From positions 8,879 through 72,878 of the forward strand of contig CAZNKB010000006.1 of NCBI GenBank assembly GCA_964573695.1: a stretch of DNA of 64,000 nt, given 5' to 3'. The notes beneath the pieces were generated by a model. It saw nothing but the letters and a program-made list of their open reading frames with translations. It did no database searches and was not told the origin of the DNA. The DNA is from an uncultured Gammaproteobacteria bacterium. Lineage in GTDB: Bacteria > Patescibacteriota > Microgenomatia > UBA10105 > UBA927. Numbering within the stretch: the stretch's first letter is position 1; each line of letters begins with the position of its first letter. A program made the translations under genes and the position numbers. This document shows, piece after piece, positions 38,903-47,736 of this stretch.

Positions 38903-39568
38903 TTACTGCGTGACCGGCGCGTCGATGATTTTGGTAGACCGAAGGATCGGGAGTAATATTTCGAACGGCAGGCCGATGACGTTGGTATACGAGCCGTCGA
39001 TTTTGGTCACTAAATCCCATGGCGTTTCGTTGAGGGCATAGCCTGCTGCGAATCTCGTGAAGTCATATCGGTTGACATAGTTTTCGAGTTCGGTGCCGGT
39101 AAGTTTGCGAAGCGTGACTTTGGTGGTCACCGTTTTGGTCCAGGTTTTTTTTACCTTGCCTTTGTCCATATGGACGATGTGGGCAACTGTCGTAAATACA
39201 TGCGTTTTCCCCATGAGTTCTTTGAGTATTTTGGTCGCATCCTCGCGGTCGAGTGCTTTGCCATACATTTTTTTGCCGACGATAGCCATGCTGTCTGCCG
39301 CGATGACGATGACCTCACGGTCTTCCGGGATCATATAAACGCGGGGGTTATTGACGACTTCATTGGCTTTGGCAATTGCACGTTTCTGGATTGTCTTGAG
39401 AGGATTCGCGTCGGTAATTTTGTCTTCATCGAGTCGCGTGACAGCCACACGAAAACGTAGCCCTAGTTTTTCGAGTAATGTCCGGCGTCCTATGGATTGT
39501 GAGGCAAGGACGACGTCCGGAGCAAGGATAATATCTTCCTGATTTTTCGAGGAGAACGATAATTTCAT
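38903..39568 (-). CDS. maf: Maf-like nucleoside triphosphate pyrophosphatase
   Basis: 221 aa. VVLASQSIGRRTLLEKLGL, IVIAADSMAIVGKKMYGKALDREDATKILKEL, YTNVIGLPFE. Confidence 0.8.
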   Translation of the reverse strand: MKLSFSSKNQEDIILAPDVVLASQSIGRRTLLEKLGLRFRVAVTRLDEDKITDANPLKTIQKRAIAKANEVVNNPRVYMIPEDREVIVIAADSMAIVGKKMYGKALDREDATKILKELMGKTHVFTTVAHIVHMDKGKVKKTWTKTVTTKVTLRKLTGTELENYVNRYDFTRFAAGYALNETPWDLVTKIDGSYTNVIGLPFEILLPILRSTKIIDAPVTQ

Positions 39569-39840
39569 TAGTTCGTATTATATCCTGAATGCGGTGATAT
39601 TGAAAGAAGGAGATTACGCGGTAACGGAGGCACGCCTGCGAGAGCGGGGTCGGCGGGACAGTACGTCTTGGCCCCAGTTCCGGATGCCGCGCTGTGCCGC
39701 CTTTCGAAATACTGCATCAGGATCATGAGCATCTGAGGCCTCAGTTGCTGCCTGATTAAAAATTTGTTGCATGCGCCGGTAGTAAGTGCGATATCCGATT
39801 TCTTTTTTCCGGCTCCCTTGACTGACAACGATTTTAGGGA

Positions 39841-40236
39841 GTGATGCTGTCATATATGTATTATATCGTACTGAATCAAGTTTTGGCGCAGCATATAGTT
39901 GGTATATGGAGTATACTTCCTCATATGGGCGCAGAAGACGGATTTGACAGGGCAATCGACAAATTAAAACAAGCAGTCAACATCCTGCTGCCTGATCCGA
40001 TCAAGCACACTTCTGGGAAGGCACAAGGAACCGGCGAAATATCACCTATAAAGCCACTTAGGTTTAAGCACGATCGGCGACCTCTCGCTACGCTAAACAT
40101 AGATCAAATTATCGTTGCAGCAAAAAAACGGGGTCACACTATTTCTTCTGCCCAGGCATTGATGGTGCAAAAAGAGGCAAGGGGAAGAATCGTGGACAAC
40201 ATCGACGACGTGTTGTCCGGTATGGGAGCTTCGTAG
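39841..40236 (+). CDS. hypothetical protein
   Basis: 131 aa ORF. Confidence 0.3.
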   Translation: MMLSYMYYIVLNQVLAQHIVGIWSILPHMGAEDGFDRAIDKLKQAVNILLPDPIKHTSGKAQGTGEISPIKPLRFKHDRRPLATLNIDQIIVAAKKRGHTISSAQALMVQKEARGRIVDNIDDVLSGMGAS

Positions 40237-40274
40237 CATCGCCTGACGCGACGTGTTACCCGCGATGATTTTTG

Positions 40275-40347
40275 TCGGAGTGGAGAGATTCGAACTCTCG
40301 ATCTCACGGTCCCGAACCGTGCGCATTACCAACTGTGCTACACCCCG
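40275..40347 (-). tRNA. tRNA-Pro (anticodon CGG)
   Basis: Manual fold: acceptor CGGGGTG/CACTCCG, perfect anticodon stem CACGG/CCGTG, loop TTCGGGA, T-arm GAGAG-TTCGAAT-CTCTC, discriminator A. No encoded CCA. Confidence 0.8.
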
Positions 40348-40425
40348 TAGTCATGGTATTGTAGCATAAATTTGCGGTAGAATAGGGGAGCTGTCCCCCG
40401 TAGCCCTGCTCGCCAGTGCCACAGG

Positions 40426-40497
40426 GCCCTTGTAGCTCAATGGATAGAGCAGACCCGTCCTAAGGGTAAGATGGGGGTTCGATTCCCTCCAGGGGCA
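40426..40497 (+). tRNA. tRNA-Arg (anticodon CCU)
   Basis: Acceptor GCCCTTG/CAGGGGC, D-arm GCTC-AATGGATA-GAGC, anticodon loop GTCCTAA, T-arm GGGGG-TTCGATT-CCCTC, discriminator A. Confidence 0.75.
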
Positions 40498-40502
40498 CAG
40501 GC

Positions 40503-40612
40503 GTTGGCAGGCGGGTCAATGGACAGTCGCCTCATCGGCGACCCGCCGGAGAGGCGGGAGCAGTGAGGCCCGTCCTAATGGCAAGATGAGGGTTCGATTC
40601 CTTCTGGGGGCA
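40503..40612 (+). pseudogene. Degenerate tRNA-Arg(CCU)-like 3' half (anticodon loop, T-arm, acceptor 3' strand) preceded by two perfect GC hairpins. No matching 5' acceptor strand.
   Basis: 40567-40612 is ~83% identical to the 3' 46 nt of the tRNA-Arg gene. T-stem changes are compensatory (GGGGG/CCCTC becomes GAGGG/CCTTC). An AATGGACA D-loop-like motif sits at 40518. Hairpins GTCGCC-TCAT-CGGCGAC and CCCGCC-GGAGA-GGCGGG. Confidence 0.35.
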
Positions 40613-40622
40613 CTCGTTACGT

Positions 40623-40874
40623 ATGGAAACAGAAACAACACATCAACACGGAGGCCAACGGGCATATTACCGGCGTCTTATTAAGCTTGCGCCTATGATT
40701 ACACGCCGGGCCGTACGGAGTGAAAATCTTGCCTTTCATACAATTCGCGCATTGGATAAGACAGAGCAATTCTTTATAGATTATTACGAAACGCCGGTTA
40801 TTCGTATTGCGGAGCATCTGGAGGATTGGTGGAACGGACCCCGGAATATTTTTTGGTATATCCGCCTTCCGTAA
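40623..40874 (+). CDS. hypothetical protein
   Basis: 83 aa ORF immediately after the tRNA cluster. Confidence 0.3.
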   Translation: METETTHQHGGQRAYYRRLIKLAPMITRRAVRSENLAFHTIRALDKTEQFFIDYYETPVIRIAEHLEDWWNGPRNIFWYIRLP

Positions 40875-40933
40875 CGTGTAGCCGCGTATACGGCTTGTTT
40901 GGAATATGTAAATAACCTATAATTCTTCGTCTT

Positions 40934-41248
40934 ATGACAAAGCCCCCCGAGTTTCCCGAAGTCACTTACGGCAATACGGCACAAACAACCCGAGTCATCA
41001 AGGGTTGGATTTCACTACGGAATCCTCGTCAATTTGAACGTGCCCGTACGATTTGCGAAATGTTTTGTCCGCATATGAAAGCGGGAGGGGATATAGAATG
41101 TTCCGGGATCGGATCGGCGGGAAATGCGCATATCCAGGTGAGGAGAAGCGAGCGAAGACAAAAATGGCTTCGGTTTCGCGTGGCTCGAGCCTTTGACGCG
41201 CCATGCAAAGTCACCTATGACGACATAGCGAAGAAACGAAGGAAGTGA
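40934..41248 (+). CDS. hypothetical protein
   Basis: 104 aa. Stop and start are adjacent (TGATATG) with the next ORF. Confidence 0.35.
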   Translation: MTKPPEFPEVTYGNTAQTTRVIKGWISLRNPRQFERARTICEMFCPHMKAGGDIECSGIGSAGNAHIQVRRSERRQKWLRFRVARAFDAPCKVTYDDIAKKRRK

Positions 41249-41249
41249 T

Positions 41250-41561
41250 ATGACGACAGAAATACTGACGATGAAATCATGGTGGGTACTGAAATTCATC
41301 AAGCAGCGCGTCGTACAGGACGGGGAGGTATTGACCTTTGGTACGCGAATGCGGCATCCATTGGTCGGCAGGCGAATTATTGAAATGAAATTTACCGTGG
41401 GAAGCTCACGGCATATGACCGTCGTAGAAGTTGATCCACGGCCGATCCTTCCGGTGCAACACATCATCCTTACTGATAGCGAGCCTAAATTTGTTTTACC
41501 GGGTGCGTTGTCTATATCGCATGTGCCTTACCGAACACTGAATAAATCTGCGCGCGGGTAA
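41250..41561 (+). CDS. hypothetical protein
   Basis: 103 aa. Tightly coupled to the upstream ORF. Confidence 0.35.
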   Translation: MTTEILTMKSWWVLKFIKQRVVQDGEVLTFGTRMRHPLVGRRIIEMKFTVGSSRHMTVVEVDPRPILPVQHIILTDSEPKFVLPGALSISHVPYRTLNKSARG

Positions 41562-41573
41562 CAGTGTAAGAGG

Positions 41574-41861
41574 TTACATCGAGACTTTTCGGAGGATACT
41601 TCCCAAGAATTCGCGCGAGACGTTGATCGGTTCTTCTGAGGTTACATTGCGACCTACGTAGATTACGAATTCTTCATAATTAGCACCAATTCCTAGAGCT
41701 GAACGATGATCCTGTTCGCGCCGGATTGGCGAATAATCACCCATAAATCCACGAACACAGATATCGACGACCCGCTCAATCTGGTCGGCAGTTGCCTGAG
41801 GGAAATATGTCGCCATATGTCGTGCGGCTAACCGTTTGCGTTCACGTTCACGTATTGGCAT
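41574..41861 (-). CDS. hypothetical protein
   Basis: 95 aa ORF. Confidence 0.3.
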   Translation of the reverse strand: MPIRERERKRLAARHMATYFPQATADQIERVVDICVRGFMGDYSPIRREQDHRSALGIGANYEEFVIYVGRNVTSEEPINVSREFLGSILRKVSM

Positions 41862-41872
41862 AAGAAATGGTA

Positions 41873-42241
41873 CTAGAGTGAGAGCAATGTGTCTGCTTTT
41901 TGTTTATGAATGATCGTTTGTGCTATCGCAATTGCGTACCAAAGCAGCCTCGCCTTTTTATACTCCTGGTCTACTTCTTCATGAAATGCCCGCGGTACAC
42001 CAAGCCTGTCATTGTGGGTTTTTTGGTGCCAGACGATTTTGATTGCTACATGTCCTGCCGGTACGATCGGATGATGTTCGAATCCGAGTGCCGTAGGGCG
42101 TTGCCCTGCGCGAGCTAAACAGCGGACACTGAGCGCTTCCCAGCGTCGCTTGCGTGCAGTGTGTTCTATAGCTAGTGCTCTGGCGACAGGTACGTGGACA
42201 ATGCCCGTCTCTCCACAGATGAGTGCGCGTTCAACTGCCAT
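41873..42241 (-). CDS. hypothetical protein
   Basis: 122 aa ORF. Confidence 0.3.
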   Translation of the reverse strand: MAVERALICGETGIVHVPVARALAIEHTARKRRWEALSVRCLARAGQRPTALGFEHHPIVPAGHVAIKIVWHQKTHNDRLGVPRAFHEEVDQEYKKARLLWYAIAIAQTIIHKQKADTLLSL

Positions 42242-42305
42242 ATTGTCGGGTTATACCATGTTTTGAGCGTACGGACAAGATATTTGATACTTGTGGTCGC
42301 GTGTA

Positions 42306-43610
42306 TTACCGGAGATTCACGAGGTAGAGATTGTTGACTGCCGATGCCGCACTATTGAGGTTTGTGAGTATGACCAATTTGCCGCCGGAAGCCCACGGAA
42401 CGGCAAACGCATCCCAAAAAGGTCCTGCATACGCCGTACGCTTGTTCATACCGTCATAATCCATGATTTCTACCTTGTCTTTCGTCACTACGACAAGATG
42501 CCGCGAGGTAGGAAGCCAATGCAGCACGCTTGTCACGTCAAAATTGACTGCAGGAGTATTTTTGCCTATAGGAGTAGGTGGGAGGGGGGCAAGTGTGCCC
42601 GATTTGAAGATGAGATAGTTTTTATCCTCTTTGATGTCATAGACGTAGATTGTGCCGGGCTCCAGTGTGCGGGATTCTTCCGTGGGATTGGCTCCGATTA
42701 ATTGGGGAGTAATAATTTGCGGAAGTATGGCAGATCCGGTAGCTTCATAGAGGATTTTGGTTTCGTCGGGCGAAAGGGACAGGAGTTTGGCGGATGTGCT
42801 GGCCATATCGGTAAACGCTTTCGGAACAGTGACGAGTTGTTCTTTTATTCTTTGGTCTTTGATCTTTTGCCACTCACTTTGTATGAGTTTGATATTGCTC
42901 ACTGCTTGCGGTGATTCCGTTATCTGGTCTGCCGGCAGGACGTAGTTTGCCGTCGGGGAGATCGTTGCGAGAATTTCCTTGCTGTCTGCTGACCAGGTGA
43001 GGGTTGCCTTGGAAAAATTGATGCCACCTGTCTGAGCAGGCAGGGATCTGGCTATTTGACGGGCGTCACGGTTTAGCCCAAGCGGCTTATCGACGATATC
43101 AAGGATCCATACTCCCGGCTTTGTAGTTGTGAGGGCTGCAGATGCTGTTGCGGGTGTAGTGTTGGGTACGATAAATGCGAGTTTTGCCCCGTCTGGCGAG
43201 AGGGACGGGTTGACGACCCCGCTTGCGGTCAATGCGGTGAGGCTCGGATTAATAGGAAGCAACAGTGCGTCTGCTTTGGCGACGACTTCTCCTTGGACTT
43301 TCATGCGCTTGTGCCATGACTGGAATCCGTCTTTTGAGATCGTAACGTTATACCAACCCGGTGGCAGAGTAAGAGTCGCCTGTGTGGCGGTTTTTACCTT
43401 GTCATCGATGATAATTTGTGCGCCCGAGGGATCGGATTGGAGCACGATGAGCCCTGTTGGCTTCACTGATCCGTCTGTGTGTAACCGATATCCACGGCCA
43501 TACGCAATAATCGCCGCTGCGACACCAAGAATGATGCTAAAGGTAACAAAAGGTATCAGGAATGATCGGATTTTTGCTGTCATATGCGTTTGAGGGTGGA
43601 GCCGCCTCAT
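42306..43610 (-). CDS. membrane-anchored protein with a PEGA domain and a C-terminal beta-rich (propeller-like) region
   Basis: Start trimmed to an internal Met (M59 at 43610, or M68 at 43583) to avoid a 140 nt antisense overlap with mreB. TM FLIPFVTFSIILGVAAAIIAYG. PEGA-like DPSGAQIIIDDKVKTATQATLTLPPGWYNVTISKDGFQSWHKRMKVQGEVV. Confidence 0.5.
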   Translation of the reverse strand: MRRLHPQTHMTAKIRSFLIPFVTFSIILGVAAAIIAYGRGYRLHTDGSVKPTGLIVLQSDPSGAQIIIDDKVKTATQATLTLPPGWYNVTISKDGFQSWHKRMKVQGEVVAKADALLLPINPSLTALTASGVVNPSLSPDGAKLAFIVPNTTPATASAALTTTKPGVWILDIVDKPLGLNRDARQIARSLPAQTGGINFSKATLTWSADSKEILATISPTANYVLPADQITESPQAVSNIKLIQSEWQKIKDQRIKEQLVTVPKAFTDMASTSAKLLSLSPDETKILYEATGSAILPQIITPQLIGANPTEESRTLEPGTIYVYDIKEDKNYLIFKSGTLAPLPPTPIGKNTPAVNFDVTSVLHWLPTSRHLVVVTKDKVEIMDYDGMNKRTAYAGPFWDAFAVPWASGGKLVILTNLNSAASAVNNLYLVNLR

Positions 43611-43641
43611 AGTATACAGCACATTATGATAGAATGCCATT

Positions 43642-44736
43642 ATGTTCAGTTTCACGAAGCGTCTCGGCATTGATCTCGGTACGGCAAATTCCGTAGTTTG
43701 GCTGGCTGGCGTGGGAGTGGTACTTAACGAGCCGACGGTAGTAGCTGTAACCACCGATGACGGTAGAGTGGTGGCAGTAGGCAATGAAGCGAAAGAAATG
43801 TTGGGAAGAACCCCGGGGAATATTATGGCGAGCCGGCCGATGCGGGACGGTGTGATCGCTGATTATCGGATAACGGAAGCCATGCTTTCCCATTTTATCG
43901 ATCGGGCGGTCGGTCGAAACCGTATTTTCAAACCGGAGGTAATGATCTGTGTGCCGACAGGTGCGAGCCAGGTGGAGCGCCGCGCGGTGATAGACGCCAC
44001 GCTTGCCGCAGGAGCCAGGGTCGCGTATCTTATCGAGGAGCCGTTGGCGGCCGCTATAGGAGCCAAAGTTCCCATTGCACAGGCCAGTGGCCATATGATT
44101 GTGGATATGGGGGGAGGGAGTACGGAGGCCGCAGTAATTTCCTTGGGCGGCGTTGTGGTACACAAAAGCGCTCGGGTGGCAGGGAACAAAATAGACGAAG
44201 CGATCGCAAACTACGTCAAAAAAAACTTCAACCTCATTATCGGTGAACGTATGGCCGAAACAATCAAAATAACCATTGGGGATGCGATTGCCGGTACGGC
44301 CATTCCAGCAAAGGCGGGAATCAGTTCTGGTAGCGATACCAAAAACCAAGATCGGTCTCCGGCGAAACCAGGGGTAACAAAAGAGGGAGAAGCTATGGAG
44401 GTTCGTGGCCGCGATGCGATCACTGGTTTGCCCCGCATTATCAATCTCACCCGCGCGGAGGTGACACAGGCGATAACACCTGTGCTTCATTTGGTCATCA
44501 CCGCGATAAAAAGCGTATTGGAGGAAACGCCGCCGGAGCTTGCTGCAGATATAATCGATAAAGGTATTGTCATGGCAGGCGGGACGAGTTTGCTTAGGAA
44601 CTTCGATAAGTTGGTGACCAAAATGACTGGCGTACCTGCTCATATTGCCGATGAACCGCTTCTGTGTGTCGTGCGGGGAACAGGTGTGGCTATAGAGAAT
44701 ATTGAATTATACAAGCGAAGCATCAGCAAAAAGTAA
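43642..44736 (+). CDS. mreB: rod shape-determining actin homolog MreB (with a ~30 aa low-complexity insertion)
   Basis: 364 aa. GIDLGTANS, actin-fold phosphate-1/2 motifs, DMGGGSTE, MAGGTSLLRNFDKL. Insertion AGTAIPAKAGISSGSDTKNQDRSPAKPGVTKEGEAM. Confidence 0.85.
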   Translation: MFSFTKRLGIDLGTANSVVWLAGVGVVLNEPTVVAVTTDDGRVVAVGNEAKEMLGRTPGNIMASRPMRDGVIADYRITEAMLSHFIDRAVGRNRIFKPEVMICVPTGASQVERRAVIDATLAAGARVAYLIEEPLAAAIGAKVPIAQASGHMIVDMGGGSTEAAVISLGGVVVHKSARVAGNKIDEAIANYVKKNFNLIIGERMAETIKITIGDAIAGTAIPAKAGISSGSDTKNQDRSPAKPGVTKEGEAMEVRGRDAITGLPRIINLTRAEVTQAITPVLHLVITAIKSVLEETPPELAADIIDKGIVMAGGTSLLRNFDKLVTKMTGVPAHIADEPLLCVVRGTGVAIENIELYKRSISKK

Positions 44737-45032
44737 GTCGTCTCACGGTAGCAAGCCGGAGAGTGGAAAACGCCTCTAGCTGTCTCGGCAGCCACCGCCG
44801 AAGAGGCAGGTTATTTATAAATGCCTTATAGTAAATACAGATAGATAGAAATAATTGGAAAATCGGTGAATATGCGGAAAATACGTATTTTTATAAATGT
44901 AGCTTATAATAATTTATCTGCTATCGAGAATTTCGCACGGGCTTCAAGAGAGAATCAGCTATATTTTATTGTGTTCAATGTTGGTGATTTGTGAAAAGTT
45001 TAAAAAGAAATAAACACATTTAAAAATATATT

Positions 45033-45866
45033 ATGAGTCTTAGTAGTCAAAAAATACTTCAAGTTAAGATAACCACAGCTTCAAAAAAATTAATCCTAGA
45101 GGAAATAAAAAAGTACCTCATTCAATCCGTTCGCGTCTCATCATCCGGTACTTCCCGTAAGGTCCGACCATTTATTATTACGACGCCGAATCCGGAACAA
45201 ATCGTTTTTGCTCAGTCGCATAGTGATTTTCGAAATATACTTAATCGGGCCGATGTGGCGCTCCCTGACGGAATCGGATTGCTTCTTGCCAGCAGGATTT
45301 TATCCGGCAAAGTACTGGGAGCTCCGGGTGTGCAAATTTCCCAGCGGGTGGCCGGTGTTGATTTTATGAATGAACTCGTCACCTTGGCAGAGCTTCAGCG
45401 CGTCAGTATAGGACTTATAGGCGGTTACAACGGTTTAGCAGTCAAAGCGTTAGATTGCTTACAGGCATCACACCCGAAGCTATCGGGGTGGGCCATGGAC
45501 GGGCCGGAGTTAGTCGGAGAAGATTTTGACTCCATACAATGGCCGGGTGATCAATACTGGGTAAATCTGGCAAAAAAAATTCGGGAAACCCATACGCATA
45601 TCGTCTTTGTGGGGCTTGGCGCCCCAAAGCAGGAATATGTGACTATGCGATTGAGTGATAAAATGAATTTTCCGGTCATATATATGAGTGTCGGAGGATC
45701 GTTTGATGTGATAGCTGGTAGACTTCGTCGTGCACCGATTTGGATTAGATCGATAGGGTTTGAGTGGTTTTGGCGATTACTTCAGGAGCCATGGCGTTGG
45801 CGCCGACAGCGAGCCTTGCTGCAATTTATGGTATTGATGTTAAAAAACATCGCCCTGTCGCGTTAA
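45033..45866 (+). CDS. WecB/TagA/CpsF family glycosyltransferase (GT26)
   Basis: 277 aa. LPDGIGLLLAS, VGLGAPKQEYV, GGSFDVIAGRLRRAPIWIRSIGFEWFWRLLQEPWRWRRQ. Confidence 0.8.
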   Translation: MSLSSQKILQVKITTASKKLILEEIKKYLIQSVRVSSSGTSRKVRPFIITTPNPEQIVFAQSHSDFRNILNRADVALPDGIGLLLASRILSGKVLGAPGVQISQRVAGVDFMNELVTLAELQRVSIGLIGGYNGLAVKALDCLQASHPKLSGWAMDGPELVGEDFDSIQWPGDQYWVNLAKKIRETHTHIVFVGLGAPKQEYVTMRLSDKMNFPVIYMSVGGSFDVIAGRLRRAPIWIRSIGFEWFWRLLQEPWRWRRQRALLQFMVLMLKNIALSR

Positions 45867-45905
45867 ATAGATTCAAAGCCAGGCTTTGATGTAGAGGGGA
45901 GGGGT

Positions 45906-46142
45906 ATGGCTCAAGATATAGAAATTGAAGTACAAATGAGAATAAAGAGGAGGATACGCGTTCCCTTGATTGCGGGATTTGCACTGGTGCAACAAGCCGG
46001 ACGCATGAGTCGTATATTTGATATCGGAAAAGCAAGAGCGATAGATATGTATGAAGCAGGAGTAGCGCTCTTGGGGCGTAATCAGGAAGTGCTTGTAGAA
46101 GATGCCAAGGGACGAAAGGTGTTTCGACGACGCAATCGTTAG
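45906..46142 (+). CDS. hypothetical small protein
   Basis: 78 aa ORF. Confidence 0.25.
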   Translation: MAQDIEIEVQMRIKRRIRVPLIAGFALVQQAGRMSRIFDIGKARAIDMYEAGVALLGRNQEVLVEDAKGRKVFRRRNR

Positions 46143-46233
46143 CGTTAAGCACAAATTATGATATGTATTTCAGATAGCTGATATTGTTTGTTATATAAAC
46201 GTCTTTAGATTTTTTTAGTATTACGATGCTTCT

Positions 46234-46506
46234 ATGAGGAGAGGGAAGTGTCTGCCCCAAGGTTTGGACGAGGGCGCCTGCGGTGCCGGAACCCCTGTTA
46301 TAGAACGACCTGCCCGGGTTGTGTTGTCTTGGGGCAGAACATATGAAACGCAGAATTATCGGGTTGACGTGCTGCAAGCATGGTTGGATCGAGGCGATTT
46401 CGCTGATCACGAGCGTGTTTTCGTATGGAAGCATGTCGGGATACTTTGGTGGCGACGAAAAATCGCCCACAGTGTGAAGCCAAGAGATATCCTCGGTATA
46501 AAATGA
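46234..46506 (+). CDS. hypothetical small protein
   Basis: 90 aa ORF. Confidence 0.25.
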   Translation: MRRGKCLPQGLDEGACGAGTPVIERPARVVLSWGRTYETQNYRVDVLQAWLDRGDFADHERVFVWKHVGILWWRRKIAHSVKPRDILGIK

Positions 46507-46640
46507 GATTTTAAGTTATCTATTGATATAGATAATAGTATTTTGCACTAAGAAGATGCCAAAAAATATTTTTACCATATCTTTCTATAATATAAAGATA
46601 TCTTTCGGCCGGGCTCTCGCATAGCTTAGATGTTATCTTC

Positions 46641-46982
46641 GTGATATACTCCCTCCCTAATGGAGTTTGTATGAAAAAGACGTGTGAAAACGCGGGCTGC
46701 ATATTAAATCAGCTTGGAAACTGTTTTGGGGCGAGATTTCTAGGCGAGCAACCGAGCGTGTTGCAAAGTGAGGAGTATTGGCGGGCCAAAGCAGAAGAAG
46801 AAAATAGTCGCAGACGGCAGGCAAATATGGCTCCCGCACAGCCTGATTTTCTTCGGCGTGAGCACATCAAAGATACCCGATATACCTGGCAGGTCGCCAA
46901 GCGCGAACATTGCCGCAGAAGCGATCGTGCATTGGGCAGCGCATTGAGGGCCTACGATGTGATAGCTGCCCCATTTTTATGA
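46641..46982 (+). CDS. hypothetical protein
   Basis: 113 aa ORF. Confidence 0.3.
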   Translation: MIYSLPNGVCMKKTCENAGCILNQLGNCFGARFLGEQPSVLQSEEYWRAKAEEENSRRRQANMAPAQPDFLRREHIKDTRYTWQVAKREHCRRSDRALGSALRAYDVIAAPFL

Positions 46983-46992
46983 CAATTATCCT

Positions 46993-47304
46993 ATGACTAC
47001 AAGAGTCGCCTGTCACCAGGGGAAGGAACGGAGTGTCGCCGTAGCAGGATTATACAGGTCTAAAGGATATGACTATGTATCGTTTTACGGTGGGATAGAG
47101 CGGATGATTACGTTAAGCGTAAGAGAGCTCAGGAGAGAAGTGACGCGAGACGATGACGTCATATTAATCTGTGAACCGTGGAGAGAGTGGGATCCGCAAC
47201 TGAAAGCCGTGGAACAGGCAGAAGAACTTCTCAAGCGCGCCGGCAGACGATATAGTCGATCAACGACAACAGAATTGATGAAGGCTTTGATAGGAAGACG
47301 ATAA
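46993..47304 (+). CDS. hypothetical protein
   Basis: 103 aa ORF, 10 nt after the previous one. Confidence 0.3.
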   Translation: MTTRVACHQGKERSVAVAGLYRSKGYDYVSFYGGIERMITLSVRELRREVTRDDDVILICEPWREWDPQLKAVEQAEELLKRAGRRYSRSTTTELMKALIGRR

Positions 47305-47404
47305 TTTTGTTATAGATGCGTTGATATCATCGAAGCCGTTAGTCACCGCTCAATCCTGTCGAATGGTACTGCGTATCTGAGCGAACGTGAAGTGGTTCGT
47401 GACG

Positions 47405-47650
47405 TTATTTACGAAGTGGTCGTCTTCGGGAGCCTGTGGGCGGACCGAATGCTTCATGTGTTGATTTCGTATACTCGCGCGTTCCATGATCCACCGCAGC
47501 TCCCACGACGCTTTCCATGAGTTTTCGTAATCGGGATCCTGCCCAATTTGTCAGCGCTCGGAATTTTTCCCGAGTAAGAAATCGTTTAGGTTGAGTTGTT
47601 TCGGCTGTCATATAGTCGCGTATGGTATGTTTTTTCCGTGTCAAATGCAA
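47405..47650 (-). CDS. hypothetical protein
   Basis: 81 aa ORF. Confidence 0.3.
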   Translation of the reverse strand: MHLTRKKHTIRDYMTAETTQPKRFLTREKFRALTNWAGSRLRKLMESVVGAAVDHGTREYTKSTHEAFGPPTGSRRRPLRK

Positions 47651-47736
47651 TATGTCTGTAAATCATGCTCCGCAATTGATCTTCGATTCATGGTATAATA
47701 CCAGTCATATCGAGGCAAACGTAAGAAACGTCCGTC

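Noticed and set aside
40503-40612. Recent prophage or integrative-element attachment-site duplicate of the tRNA-Arg 3' end
   Set aside because: The duplicate is only 83% identical, not exact. It lies 70 nt from the intact tRNA with only hairpins between, and no integrase is present. Older duplication or decay is more likely.
42306-43784. Full-length track ORF for the PEGA protein extending to 43784
   Set aside because: It would overlap mreB by ~140 nt on the opposite strand. An internal Met just before the TM anchor (43610 or 43583) gives a sensible signal-anchor N-terminus.
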